Positions 10,041 through 20,158 of a stretch of 44,364 nt of DNA are shown here, piece by piece. The notes under the pieces were generated by a model that worked only from the letters and a program-made list of their open reading frames with translations, made no database searches and was not told where the DNA came from. Source of the stretch: a virus (Duplodnaviria > Caudoviricetes); the IMG/VR virus record IMGVR_UViG_3300027697_000033, positions 1-44,364 of that record; one strand, given 5' to 3'. Both the position numbers and the translations under genes were made by a program. How positions within the stretch are numbered: position 1 is the first letter of the stretch; every line of letters starts with the position of its first letter.

Positions 10041-11104
10041 TGGCTGGCTTATCTAATTTTATATCAAACGAGGCGGTTCAATCCACCTCAATGCCATCGT
10101 GGTTTGATACCGCGCAACAGAATGTTGTAAACCAAGCAACCACTGCGGCTGGTAATGTTCCTAGTTTACAAAACACTGTTGCTGGTCAAGCTATTAATCA
10201 ACTTAGCGGTTCACAAAATCCTTTTACTCAAGCTCAAGGAACCCTAAACCAAATTGCTTCTGGTGCTGCTAATCCTTGGCTTGTTAGTGACACAGGTCAA
10301 GTTACTCCCAATGTAGCCACTCCAATGGGTGGTTTATTCCAAGCTCAAAACCAAGCATTAGAACAATTAATGCCTCAATATACTGCTCCCGTTGAAGGGG
10401 GTAATATTGCTTCTGGTAATTTTGGTAGTTTGCGTGGGCAGACTGCAGTTAATAAAGCCATGGCCGACGCACAGTCTAAGTTGTTTGCCGACCAAATGAA
10501 CGCAGCCTTACAAGCTCAAGGCGTTGGCGCACAAGCCGCCGGCGCACTAGGTCAAGTAGGAAGTCAAGGCGTTCAGTCTATGACGTCATTAGGACAGGCC
10601 CAACAGTCTGATCCGTTCTTTGCCTCATCTGCTCTAGGTAAAATCCTTGGCGGTATGCAGATCCCAACTACAACCAAAAACGTTACCAACCTATCACCTC
10701 TTAACCAAATTGGTTCTATTGTTTCTGCTCTTGGTGGTTCTATTAGTGGTACTGATAAGTTACTCAAAGAGCTATTCCCTGCGGTAGGAAAACCTGGAGA
10801 ACCCGGCTACAAACCTGCTGGTGGCTTAATGGATTTCTTTAAACGTGCTGGAATTAACATTGGTGGCACCGGAGGCGGAAGTGGTGATGTATATGTACCT
10901 GGAGGTGGTGGTGGCGGTGGAACATACATACCAAACCCAAATCCAGATTTAGATAACAGGGATGTTGGTGGCGGTACCGGCGATACCGGAGAAGATTTTG
11001 ATATGGGTGGCGGCGGTGGCGGCGGATCTGATTTTGATTGGAATACTTACGAACCATCAAACCCATATGAAGGTTATAATAACATAGAGAATTACGAACC
11101 ATAA
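10040..11104 (+). CDS. DNA transfer / ejection protein
   Basis: Gln/Ala/Gly-rich, GNFGSLRGQ motif, Gly-rich tail; synteny. Confidence 0.65.
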   Translation: MAGLSNFISNEAVQSTSMPSWFDTAQQNVVNQATTAAGNVPSLQNTVAGQAINQLSGSQNPFTQAQGTLNQIASGAANPWLVSDTGQVTPNVATPMGGLFQAQNQALEQLMPQYTAPVEGGNIASGNFGSLRGQTAVNKAMADAQSKLFADQMNAALQAQGVGAQAAGALGQVGSQGVQSMTSLGQAQQSDPFFASSALGKILGGMQIPTTTKNVTNLSPLNQIGSIVSALGGSISGTDKLLKELFPAVGKPGEPGYKPAGGLMDFFKRAGINIGGTGGGSGDVYVPGGGGGGGTYIPNPNPDLDNRDVGGGTGDTGEDFDMGGGGGGGSDFDWNTYEPSNPYEGYNNIENYEP

Positions 11105-11106
11105 TT

Positions 11107-13134
11107 ATGACAACACCCGGACTTGATACCTTAGAAGAAGACGAAAAACCCACTGCTACTGGTGCTGCTGTAAAAGCCACTGGCAAAGGTTTGTCACCTG
11201 TTGGCACCATTGCTATGGACCCAACTCAAACTGAAGAGTTATTAGCCAATATGCAAGGTATGGTTAATGAACGAACAGGCGCATTTAGTACATTTGAGCG
11301 TGGTTTACAACGTGCGGCTGCTTGGGGATCCGGTGGTGAAAAAGGGCCATCTGCTGCGTTGACAGCTATGGACCAACAAAAATTAGCAGAAGATCGTGAG
11401 TTATTTAACATGCGCCAACAAATGGCTGCATTACGTTCATCTGCTGCACAACAAAAAGCCTTTAACGAGCGTAAACAAGCTGAGTTAACTGGCGGCGTCC
11501 CAACCGGTGGTGCCGGTGGTGCCGGTGCTCCTGGTGGTGCTAGTATGCGCCAGTCTGTATTTGATCAAATGCCTGCTGAAATTAAAAGAGCATTAAGCAA
11601 CGCAAGAACACAAGAAGAGTGGAACAGCATTTACAATCCATACGCTCAAAAAATGGCGCAAATACAAGCGCAATTTAGATACAACCCAGCAACTTACGAA
11701 AACAAAATTAAATTTGTTGATCCCCAAACTGGTGAACTTGATTATATTGACGCGGAAACTGCTAAACGTTATAAAGAAATAGGTTATGGTGACAGGATTA
11801 TTATGCCTACATCTAAGCCAAGTGCAGCAAAAGCTCCGGCAGACACGCTGTCTGCAATTAAAACCGGCATATTTAACCAAGAAAGTTTAGGCGGTAAACT
11901 AGATACTTCTAAACCAAACTACGCTGGTGCTGTTGGTCCTATGCAAATTCTACCTGATACATTTGAAGGACTTAAGAAAGAAGGATTAATTCCCCAAAAC
12001 TATGATATTAACAACCCCCAGCACAACAAAACTGCTGGTGATGCGTTAATTGATAAATACTATAAACAGTACAAAGGTGATCCAGATAAAGTTATGGCTG
12101 CCTATTATGGCGGTCCTGGTGCTATTAAAGCAGACGGCACTATTGATGTAAACCGTCGTGATCCACGTAATCCAAATGCCCCAACTGTTGGTGAGTATAT
12201 TGCGCAAGCAAAACAAAAAGCTGGTTTAACTACAGCTCCGGCTGAAGTTGTAGTTGGTGCACCACAACGGAAAACTATACCGCAAGCTGAAGTTGAATTA
12301 AAAGGTACAGAAGCTAAAGAAGTTGCCGCAGGCACTGCTTCTGGTAAATATATTGGTGGTAAAGAAGCTGAGATACTTGAAGCCGGTAGTACTTCTGGTA
12401 CAAGACTTGCATCTATTGTAAATATTGAAAAATACGTTACAGATCCAAGAACGAATCGTGTTTTTGGTGTATTTGAAAAACCTGGATTTTGGAACGGTGT
12501 TGGTGCATTAGTTCAAAGCGCTGTGAAGGCTGGAAATTATTCTATTGGTATTACAGACTTTGATAAATTAATAGCGTCCACAATGAAAGACGCTAGTCAA
12601 GCTGAAAAAGATGCAGCTCAAATTGTAGGTCGTGAATTTGCTAAAATGAAATTGCAAGAAGCTAAAGTACTTCTTGCCGGTCAAGGTGCGGTATCTGATG
12701 CTGAACGTGGCTTAATTGCAGAACTTACTGGTAGTAGACTTAACTCACCAGGTGCAATTAAAGAATATCTTGCATGGGGCAAAATGCGCGCTGAATACGA
12801 TCAAAAAGTTGGCGACAGTTACGATACTTGGAAAGGCAGTAATCCAAGGGGTAATTTTGATCAGTATAGAGTTACTAAAGAAGCCCGCGCATTGCGTGAA
12901 GATTATAACAACAGAATGATGGATTTTGCTAATAGTGTCAACATTGACATGGGTAAAGCTAAAAATGTTGGTGCCTCATTAAATGAAAAAGATAGATCTG
13001 GTAATAGCGTTGTAATGGGCACTGGAGAAGCTCAATCTTCTGCAGCAAAACCAGCTGCATCTCCATTTGTTTATAAAGACGCAGATAAAGAAAAAAGATA
13101 TCAGTTGTATTTACAACAAAGGGGCCCTAAGTAA
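11107..13134 (+). CDS. Internal virion protein with lytic transglycosylase (SLT) domain
   Basis: QESLGG...GAVGPMQILPDT...AAYYGGPG SLT motifs I-III; GAVSDAE motif. Confidence 0.85.
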   Translation: MTTPGLDTLEEDEKPTATGAAVKATGKGLSPVGTIAMDPTQTEELLANMQGMVNERTGAFSTFERGLQRAAAWGSGGEKGPSAALTAMDQQKLAEDRELFNMRQQMAALRSSAAQQKAFNERKQAELTGGVPTGGAGGAGAPGGASMRQSVFDQMPAEIKRALSNARTQEEWNSIYNPYAQKMAQIQAQFRYNPATYENKIKFVDPQTGELDYIDAETAKRYKEIGYGDRIIMPTSKPSAAKAPADTLSAIKTGIFNQESLGGKLDTSKPNYAGAVGPMQILPDTFEGLKKEGLIPQNYDINNPQHNKTAGDALIDKYYKQYKGDPDKVMAAYYGGPGAIKADGTIDVNRRDPRNPNAPTVGEYIAQAKQKAGLTTAPAEVVVGAPQRKTIPQAEVELKGTEAKEVAAGTASGKYIGGKEAEILEAGSTSGTRLASIVNIEKYVTDPRTNRVFGVFEKPGFWNGVGALVQSAVKAGNYSIGITDFDKLIASTMKDASQAEKDAAQIVGREFAKMKLQEAKVLLAGQGAVSDAERGLIAELTGSRLNSPGAIKEYLAWGKMRAEYDQKVGDSYDTWKGSNPRGNFDQYRVTKEARALREDYNNRMMDFANSVNIDMGKAKNVGASLNEKDRSGNSVVMGTGEAQSSAAKPAASPFVYKDADKEKRYQLYLQQRGPK

Positions 13135-15509
13135 TGTCTCAATTTACTGCTCAAGAACTAGAAGAATTTGAATTTAGGCAGCGGGCTGAACAAGAGCTTG
13201 CTGCGTCAAAACAAACAGAGTCAGCACCTCCTTCTCCTGACGCAGCTACTGAAGCCGTAAATCAAGTTATGATGGGTGGTGCAGGAGCTGCAGTTGGAGC
13301 CGCCGCTGGTCCCGTTGTAAATGTTGGGGCAAAAGAAAGACAACGTACTAGCATTGCAAAACAAATGGGTGTTAATCCTGCTGATTTAGAATGGGATTCA
13401 GCCGGTCAAAAATGGGCAAGAAAAACTGGCTTTGGTGCTGGTGAAGGTAAAACAGTTCAAGAAGTAAATGAAGAATTTAAACGCATACAGGCCGAAAAAA
13501 ATAAGCCTGTAGGTAGAGGTAAAATTGCTTCTAAGATGACTGGCCCTTACAATGTTGAAAAAGCCGCTGAACTAGCAGATGCAGAAACTGCCCGTCAAGC
13601 TCGCTTTGCTGCACAACGTCAAGCAGAAATGGACGCCTTAAAAAACCAACAAACTGCAGCAAAAGCTCCTAGAGGTTTTAAATCCGCATTAACTGCGCCA
13701 ATGGGTATGCTTGGTCGTGGTGCTGTTGGACTTGGTGCTGGTCTGCAAGGTTCAGATGCGCTTAATCGTTACAACGCTGGTGACACCAGCGGTTCAATAA
13801 TTAGCGGTATTGGTGCGTTAGGTACTGCAGCGGCTATGATCCCACACCCTGTAACACGTATTGGTGGTACGGCTATTGGACTAGGTGCTGAGGGTTTAAA
13901 TACGTTCCTTGATTATCTTAAAAAGAAAAGTCAAAATCCTGCACAGGCTCAACCCCAGCAGCCACAACAGATGGCTGAAGGTGGGTCAGCAAAGAATAAA
14001 ATGTCTAAGGCTGAACGCGCAGCTAAAGCAATACGGGAAAATAATAAAAAAAAAGTTCCGCATTTAAGTAAGGGTGGTTTGCCGCCGGCTGAGAATGCAG
14101 CCCGCACTCAAATCATTGGCACTTTGCCAACATACGAAAAAGCTGAAGAAGAATTAAAAAAACGCGGCGCACAGGGTAGAGCACTAGACTTTGGTGCTGG
14201 TCTTGGTGAAGGTGCTAAGATTCTAAAAGCAGATACCTATGAGCCGTTTCCAAAAGGTTGGAAGCCAACGTTCATTGATCCTAAACAAATCCCCACAGAA
14301 GCATACGGCAAACTGACTAACTTAAATGTTATGAATGTTGTGCCGCCTAAAGTTAGAGATGAGATTGCAAGCCACATCGGCAGAGTAATTGAACCGGGCG
14401 GTCAGGGCATTGTAACAACACGTGGCGCCGATGTAATGAAAGCAAAAGGCAGACCCGGCCCAGAACCAATGTCAATCATCACAAGCCGTGATACGTACCA
14501 AAAAGGTTTTACCAAGCAGGAGTTAGAAGATTACATGAAACGCATGCTGGGTGAAAAGTATGACGTTAATAAAGTAAACCTTGGCCCCGCTGGCGTACAT
14601 GTGCAAAAGAAAAAACCCACCATTTATACAGGCGGTGGAATAGCAATACCTGTCAATGCCCCTGTCGGCAGTCGTGCTCAAGAAACAACCGGTCAAGGCG
14701 CTGCTCAGATACTGAACCCACTTAATCTAAACTTTAAAGAAGGTGGACAAGTAAAACATTATCTTACGGGCGGTTTGGTTCAATCTACTGAACAAACAAA
14801 TTCTAACCCATATGGATTTACGGCTCCGACGGGTCCTTCTACACAGGCCTTAGTGCCTTATTACAATAAAGCAACTGGTGAAACCTGGAATGCTCCTAGC
14901 GGTGGATACACACCCCCATCTGCTGATTGGCTTCAAGGTTCTCCTGGTAATTCACAAGTAGCACCGTTGCCAACTTTTGCTCCTGGCACGGATCCTATAA
15001 ATAATTTTGATAAATCTGGGTCGCCAGTTGTAACTAACACACCTAGTGTTGGATCAGGTTTAAATAGTTTAGCTCCTGTTGCGCCAACAACCGCACCAAA
15101 ACCTGTTGCACCAATAACACCGCAACAGCCGTTTCAACAAAGACGTGTTGCGCCTCCGTTAAGTGGTAATATAAACCCATCGTTTGCTAAAAGAGCCCTG
15201 CCTTATACTCCAAAGCCAATACCAAAACCTATGCCTAGAAGAAGAATGTTTGCTGAGGGTGGCAGTACTACACCAGCATGGCAACGTTCTGAAGGCAAAA
15301 GCCCATCGGGCGGTTTAAACGCTTTAGGTCGTGCGTCATACAAGCGTGAGACTGGTGGCACATTGAAGGCACCACAGCCAGAAGGCGGCTCACGTAAGAA
15401 GTCATTTTGCGCTAGGATGGGCGGCATGAAGAAAAAACTAACTTCTTCAAAGACCGCCAACGATCCGGATTCACGCATCAACAAAGCACTCCGCAAGTGG
15501 AAGTGCTAA
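13134..15509 (+). CDS. Modular internal virion protein: ejection-like N-terminus, class I SAM methyltransferase, Pro-rich linker, C-terminal small basic domain (DUF6321-like)
   Basis: LDFGAGLG...YEPF...LNVMNVV...TYQKGFTKQEL; C-terminal PAWQRSEGK...GGLN...KSFCARM...LRKWKC. Confidence 0.75.
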   Translation: MSQFTAQELEEFEFRQRAEQELAASKQTESAPPSPDAATEAVNQVMMGGAGAAVGAAAGPVVNVGAKERQRTSIAKQMGVNPADLEWDSAGQKWARKTGFGAGEGKTVQEVNEEFKRIQAEKNKPVGRGKIASKMTGPYNVEKAAELADAETARQARFAAQRQAEMDALKNQQTAAKAPRGFKSALTAPMGMLGRGAVGLGAGLQGSDALNRYNAGDTSGSIISGIGALGTAAAMIPHPVTRIGGTAIGLGAEGLNTFLDYLKKKSQNPAQAQPQQPQQMAEGGSAKNKMSKAERAAKAIRENNKKKVPHLSKGGLPPAENAARTQIIGTLPTYEKAEEELKKRGAQGRALDFGAGLGEGAKILKADTYEPFPKGWKPTFIDPKQIPTEAYGKLTNLNVMNVVPPKVRDEIASHIGRVIEPGGQGIVTTRGADVMKAKGRPGPEPMSIITSRDTYQKGFTKQELEDYMKRMLGEKYDVNKVNLGPAGVHVQKKKPTIYTGGGIAIPVNAPVGSRAQETTGQGAAQILNPLNLNFKEGGQVKHYLTGGLVQSTEQTNSNPYGFTAPTGPSTQALVPYYNKATGETWNAPSGGYTPPSADWLQGSPGNSQVAPLPTFAPGTDPINNFDKSGSPVVTNTPSVGSGLNSLAPVAPTTAPKPVAPITPQQPFQQRRVAPPLSGNINPSFAKRALPYTPKPIPKPMPRRRMFAEGGSTTPAWQRSEGKSPSGGLNALGRASYKRETGGTLKAPQPEGGSRKKSFCARMGGMKKKLTSSKTANDPDSRINKALRKWKC

Positions 15510-15510
15510 C

Positions 15511-17445
15511 TTACTTCCTGTAACGTTTACCGTACCAACCCTCCGCAGCAAGAGGAAAATCGGGAGCCCATGATGGTGGCGTGGTCATAATACGAACCAC
15601 ATCACTCATTGCGGACTCCCCGTTTTGTTCTTCCACAAGAAGGAGTACCTCGTCATGGATGCTGTTTATAACGCTATATCCCGCATTTTCAAGATTGAGC
15701 ATGGCATTAGCCAAGAAGTCCCTAGCAGTAGCCTGAACGGCGGACTGGAAGATACTGCTACCAATCAAAGCATTTCTACTCCACTGCCGAGTGTAAGTGT
15801 TTTGGGAATGGACAGTAACACCCATCTTTTGCGCGCCCCATGGTGTGGTCAGCAACTCGAGCTCTGGCCTTTGCCAGCAGATCAATCTACCACTTGGTAA
15901 TCTCATCCACAGTGCGTTCTTTGTGACTTTCATTTTAATCTTACTGCCGGCATCAAACGTTGTGCCAGGATTTTGTACGGCTTGAATTGAAGCGGTCTCA
16001 CACTTAGTCCATAAGTTCTTAACCATCAGATACGACGCCCGGTAGTTGTCTACCGCACTCTTAGCTTGGGTCTCGGTTATGTTGACGCCCATGCCTGCCG
16101 CATACTTAACTAAGCCCTTAGCACCCTGACCAAACATTGCGCCCAGAACCGCCGACTTAGCAATTTGTCTTTGATCCTTCGTAACTTCTTCATACGGGAC
16201 TCGGTACAGGGATGTGGAGGCGAATACTTTATACTCATCTAATCCTTTCCTGAATAGTTCTATCTTGTCTTTTTGATCCGCAAGATATACGCCAACTCGG
16301 TTTTCAATGCTTGAAAAATCCACATCCACGAATGTACGGCCTTGTGGCGCCCTAATAGCAGATCGAACGAGTGAGGACAGTTCGTCCATCGATCCATTTG
16401 CCTCGCCAAAAAGTCGTGGTATCGCCGCCTCAATCTCTGTATCACTGATAGTGGGGCGAGCAATATTTTGAAGATTAAGTCCACCGCGAGAAGCCCAGCG
16501 ACCAGTAGAAGCCCCGTGATAGACGAGCGTGTTTCGTATCCTGCCATTCCTTTGTACCTCCAACATTTTAGCGTACTTAGCCACGCTAGTTTGGCTTCCT
16601 TCTTGGCGCAACTCTAGCGCCCTTTTAACATCTTCCCCTGAAAACAAATTATCAAAGTTAGTGTTCACTAACTTCTTTGAAACGGTCTCGGCGGTCAAGT
16701 CTTCCATGTCGGCGCCTTGTTCATTAAGCCAGTCCAGTAACTTCTGGCGTTCAGATGGCTTACAGCCGGTTAGTTCAAGGCATTCCTGGTCTAAGGCTGC
16801 TTGGGCTTTCTCACATGCTAATACGGCGTTTCTAAGCTCGTCTGGATCGACCGGTACGCCTCTTGTATTGATCCGCTGGGTGAGGGTCCAGACTACCTGT
16901 TCGGCGTCTTCTAGGGGCCTTAAAACGCTTCCTATGGCCATCTCTGTGCGGACGTCTTGGGCACAGTAATCACATAGCTGTATCATCAGTTCCGGGTCGT
17001 TATTAAAGACTCCTTTATTATTGGGTTTGCATAGCTTCTGAATAAGCCTCTTGCCAATAGGGTCTTTCTGGTACTGGGCGTTCATAAACAAACCGGCATC
17101 ATCAAGGCTCTGTGGCACGTTGTTAGCCGCCGCTACGGCCATGGTGTCAATACACTGCTCCAGCTTTAACTCAGGCCAACCATACTTAGGCACGCAGACA
17201 CAGTTCCATATTGCGTATTCAAACATGGCGTTCCATGCGGCAATCTTGCCACCATTTCTAACGTGCGATATAAGTTCATGCTCCTCGTCTTCTAAAACAT
17301 CAGGAGTTGCAACACAAACGTTATCTGGTGATGTGCCCCACGCAATACACAACACTTCGGTGGATAGGCAGTTAGCGTATTTGTCGAGTCCTACTTCTGG
17401 TAGATCGGCAAAGCTACGGGTTTCAAAGTCAATGCTGTAAATCAT
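15511..17445 (-). CDS. DNA polymerase family A with 3'-5' exonuclease
   Basis: IDFET exo I; DFSSIENR motif A; RQIAKSAVLGAMFG motif B; IHDE motif C. Confidence 0.95.
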   Translation of the reverse strand: MIYSIDFETRSFADLPEVGLDKYANCLSTEVLCIAWGTSPDNVCVATPDVLEDEEHELISHVRNGGKIAAWNAMFEYAIWNCVCVPKYGWPELKLEQCIDTMAVAAANNVPQSLDDAGLFMNAQYQKDPIGKRLIQKLCKPNNKGVFNNDPELMIQLCDYCAQDVRTEMAIGSVLRPLEDAEQVVWTLTQRINTRGVPVDPDELRNAVLACEKAQAALDQECLELTGCKPSERQKLLDWLNEQGADMEDLTAETVSKKLVNTNFDNLFSGEDVKRALELRQEGSQTSVAKYAKMLEVQRNGRIRNTLVYHGASTGRWASRGGLNLQNIARPTISDTEIEAAIPRLFGEANGSMDELSSLVRSAIRAPQGRTFVDVDFSSIENRVGVYLADQKDKIELFRKGLDEYKVFASTSLYRVPYEEVTKDQRQIAKSAVLGAMFGQGAKGLVKYAAGMGVNITETQAKSAVDNYRASYLMVKNLWTKCETASIQAVQNPGTTFDAGSKIKMKVTKNALWMRLPSGRLICWQRPELELLTTPWGAQKMGVTVHSQNTYTRQWSRNALIGSSIFQSAVQATARDFLANAMLNLENAGYSVINSIHDEVLLLVEEQNGESAMSDVVRIMTTPPSWAPDFPLAAEGWYGKRYRK

Positions 17446-17485
17446 AATCGCTCCTTAGGCAAGCCGACGTATCGGCGATAAAACT

Positions 17486-17514
17486 ATTATACATAAAAAA
17501 GGGGGCCTGTGCAA
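17486..17514 (-). promoter_or_regulatory. Putative sigma70 promoter for the polymerase gene
   Basis: TTGCAC-N17-TATAAT on the minus strand. Confidence 0.65.
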
Positions 17515-17522
17515 GCGCCCCC
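17495..17522 (-). terminator. Intrinsic terminator after RNR
   Basis: GGGGGC...GCCCCC stem followed by T6 on the minus strand. Confidence 0.7.
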
Positions 17523-17604
17523 AATCACCACCACGTGAAACTATTTACGCCACCGCCACGCAATACTCCAGTTAAAGAGATTGAGTGGCGGGCACTTCCA
17601 TGGA

Positions 17605-19479
17605 TCAGATCTCACAAGATCCAGCGCTACATGCTAGCTGTTGCGCTCCTTCCACATTGTCTGTTACTTCTTTGAACTCGTTCCAGTTGATCGTTGGGAC
17701 CTTGGCTTTTAGCTCGTTGTACTCTGCTTCGGTGCACTCTTCGTACGGGGCTTGACGGTAGGTTCCGCCATCGTACGGTAGATAACTAACTCCTGAGATT
17801 TCGCTGAAGTTATCCCAGGTCCAAGCGCCAACTGAAGGCCAGTCTTTTTCTTCCACTGAGATGGTGACGCTAGGTTTATGCTCACACCAATGTCGTTGGA
17901 ATGTAAGCCATAGGGAAAGATGATCCATTGGTGTGACGTCTGCTCTGGTGATTCCTGCTGGGGCTTTAATTGGAAAGCTGAACACAGTCGTCTGAGTAGG
18001 TTTGTAAACATCGTCTTCACTTGGTATTCCTTGGCTGACTAAGAACTGAGTTAAAGGGTCTTTCTTATCTCCTCTAACTCTGCGGATGTAATACTTAGAG
18101 TGTCGAGGGTGGATTCCAGAAGCGCTATCAACGAGTTGGGAGACGGTGCCGCTTGGCTTGACGCAAGTAATTGCAGCACTCTTAGGTATTCCAAGCAGTA
18201 TTGCAAATTCCTCATTGGCTCTTCGAGCTTCCTCCCGCAGTCTGGTAAGTAGGGCATTTAGTTTGTCTCCTTGTGTTGTGAGCAATGGGTTATCGTAAAT
18301 TCCTGTAAGCGACACTCCCAGCAATCTTTCTTCCTCGGTGTTGCGCTGCCACACTTTGCGCAGATACGGAAACTTTGTAAAGGTGGCCTGTATTGTGCCA
18401 AGAATCGAAGCAATTCGTACTTTTCTAAGAAGCGTTTCCTCAGTGTCGTCATGTCTTACCACCGCCTCAGTGAGATTACAGAACTGATACGGCCTGAGCA
18501 CGATCTCTGAGCAAGGATTAGTTCCGAATTCAAAATTGGGATCACGATGCCCGTATTTTTCAACCGTCTTTCTAGCAGCCTCGCGATTAAAAATGCCTCG
18601 CTCTCCGGAATGTGAGTTGTAAAGTGAGAGCCATTCTTCCATGAATTTTCCGACAGTAGGTGTTTCGTTATACACCGCACTGTTGTTCGCAAGCGCACGA
18701 TGCGGCGCAGTGTCCCACCAGGGTCCAGCTTTTGCATGACGAATCCTTTCATCATCAAGATCAGATAACGAGATCATTGCAGAGCGACGTACGCCACCCA
18801 CTACAACTACCTCACCAATTTTGCACATTATATCATGGCACTCCAAACTGTTCAAGCGGCGCCCTTGTGCGTGTTTAAACGTATTGACAACAAACTTAAA
18901 TAAATCTACTAATGGTTCCGGCCCGGAAGCTCTTCCACCAAATGTTTTGAGTCTTGTTCCCGCAGGTCTAACCCCGCTAACATCCCACTTTGGGACTTCG
19001 CCTGCCCAAAGGTGCGCAAGGAGTAAGCGGAGTGATTTCGCCCAGCCTTCTTTGCTGTCGTGTACGACGATGGTGTGCTCTGAATCAAACAAAGTTTCTG
19101 GCACTTCTGGCAAGTTGTTAATGTACTTGGATTCAACTGAGAATCCAACGCCAGTACCGCAGAGCAAGATGAACATGGCTTCGTCAAAGGACTTGGGGTC
19201 ATCCACTGGGAGATACGAGCAATTATATACGCAAGTGTTATCACGATCGGCACTCTTTCCTGCCGTCATCATGGCGCGCATGGACGGCATCAAATCTAGG
19301 TTATGGATAGCATCAAAAATTTCATTTCGTAATTCGGTCTTACCTTGTATTGCTGGGGTGCGACTAAAAATATAGTCGACATAGCGATCTACTGTTTCTG
19401 CCCACGTTTCTCTGCGTTGCTTGTCATCTACAAAACGTGCGTAACGGCTGGCGGCTATATATTCTTGATACTGATCCAT
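17605..19479 (-). CDS. nrdJ: Class II (adenosylcobalamin-dependent) ribonucleotide reductase
   Basis: YNCSY, GGVRRSA, TNPCSEI, TCVKPSGT, C-terminal CSAGSC redox pair; no beta subunit gene. Confidence 0.93.
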   Translation of the reverse strand: MDQYQEYIAASRYARFVDDKQRRETWAETVDRYVDYIFSRTPAIQGKTELRNEIFDAIHNLDLMPSMRAMMTAGKSADRDNTCVYNCSYLPVDDPKSFDEAMFILLCGTGVGFSVESKYINNLPEVPETLFDSEHTIVVHDSKEGWAKSLRLLLAHLWAGEVPKWDVSGVRPAGTRLKTFGGRASGPEPLVDLFKFVVNTFKHAQGRRLNSLECHDIMCKIGEVVVVGGVRRSAMISLSDLDDERIRHAKAGPWWDTAPHRALANNSAVYNETPTVGKFMEEWLSLYNSHSGERGIFNREAARKTVEKYGHRDPNFEFGTNPCSEIVLRPYQFCNLTEAVVRHDDTEETLLRKVRIASILGTIQATFTKFPYLRKVWQRNTEEERLLGVSLTGIYDNPLLTTQGDKLNALLTRLREEARRANEEFAILLGIPKSAAITCVKPSGTVSQLVDSASGIHPRHSKYYIRRVRGDKKDPLTQFLVSQGIPSEDDVYKPTQTTVFSFPIKAPAGITRADVTPMDHLSLWLTFQRHWCEHKPSVTISVEEKDWPSVGAWTWDNFSEISGVSYLPYDGGTYRQAPYEECTEAEYNELKAKVPTINWNEFKEVTDNVEGAQQLACSAGSCEI

Positions 19480-19509
19480 GTGTTGTTCTCTATGTTATAT
19501 GGGTTGATG

Positions 19510-19543
19510 AAAAAGGGAGGCCGTAGTTTCTACGGACACTCCC
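19510..19543 (-). terminator. Intrinsic terminator after SSB
   Basis: GGGAG-CCGTAG-aaa-CTACGG-CTCCC-TTTTT on the minus strand. Confidence 0.7.
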
Positions 19544-19570
19544 CGGACTACCTACTACCGAAAGGACTAC

Positions 19571-20089
19571 TTATACTGCGAAATCTGCTGCAGCGGATGT
19601 AGCACCGCCTAACTTATTGCCGTCCTCTAACTTTTGAACGTTGTTTAAACCTGCTGCAATACCTTTGGAACCGCTTGTATCGTAAGCATACAACGTGATT
19701 GAAGCACGACCATAGCAGCCACTATAAAACTCAGATGGATCCAAGATTGGGTTGAGATCTGCATCTACAACACCAGGTTTCTCATTAGAGTTAGCGTTGA
19801 TAAAATAATGACCAGCATATGTTGCGTCATCTTTTTCTGCATCGCCATCACGCAAACCGCCTTTGAGCATCTTAGGAACTGTGCCGCCCCATACAGAAGC
19901 ATTGGCTGTTTTGGTATCTTCAAAAGCCTTATTAAAGCGAGCAATAGTATCTTTATCTGTTTTAGGGATAAGGATTGACACAGAGTATTTCATTGTGCCA
20001 TTGGGTGTTTCTGCTGGTTGAAAAACGTGCGCATAAGAAAAACGCACTTTACCTGTTACAAATTTAGTTTTTACTGATTTTGCTGGCAT
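19571..20089 (-). CDS. Single-stranded DNA-binding protein (DUF2815 / gp2.5-like)
   Basis: VRFSYAHVF, KYSVSILIPK, LRDGD, YSGCYGRASI, GLNNVQKLEDG. Confidence 0.9.
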   Translation of the reverse strand: MPAKSVKTKFVTGKVRFSYAHVFQPAETPNGTMKYSVSILIPKTDKDTIARFNKAFEDTKTANASVWGGTVPKMLKGGLRDGDAEKDDATYAGHYFINANSNEKPGVVDADLNPILDPSEFYSGCYGRASITLYAYDTSGSKGIAAGLNNVQKLEDGNKLGGATSAAADFAV

Positions 20090-20158
20090 AAAATTACCTT
20101 TTTAACGTTAGAGACTGGGCTTCAATAGGGGCCAATCTGTCTACCCTTTACTACAAAA

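Noticed and set aside
19480-19570. Cobalamin riboswitch upstream of the B12-dependent RNR
   Set aside because: Gap is only about 90 bp, explained by a terminator, and shows no B12 box
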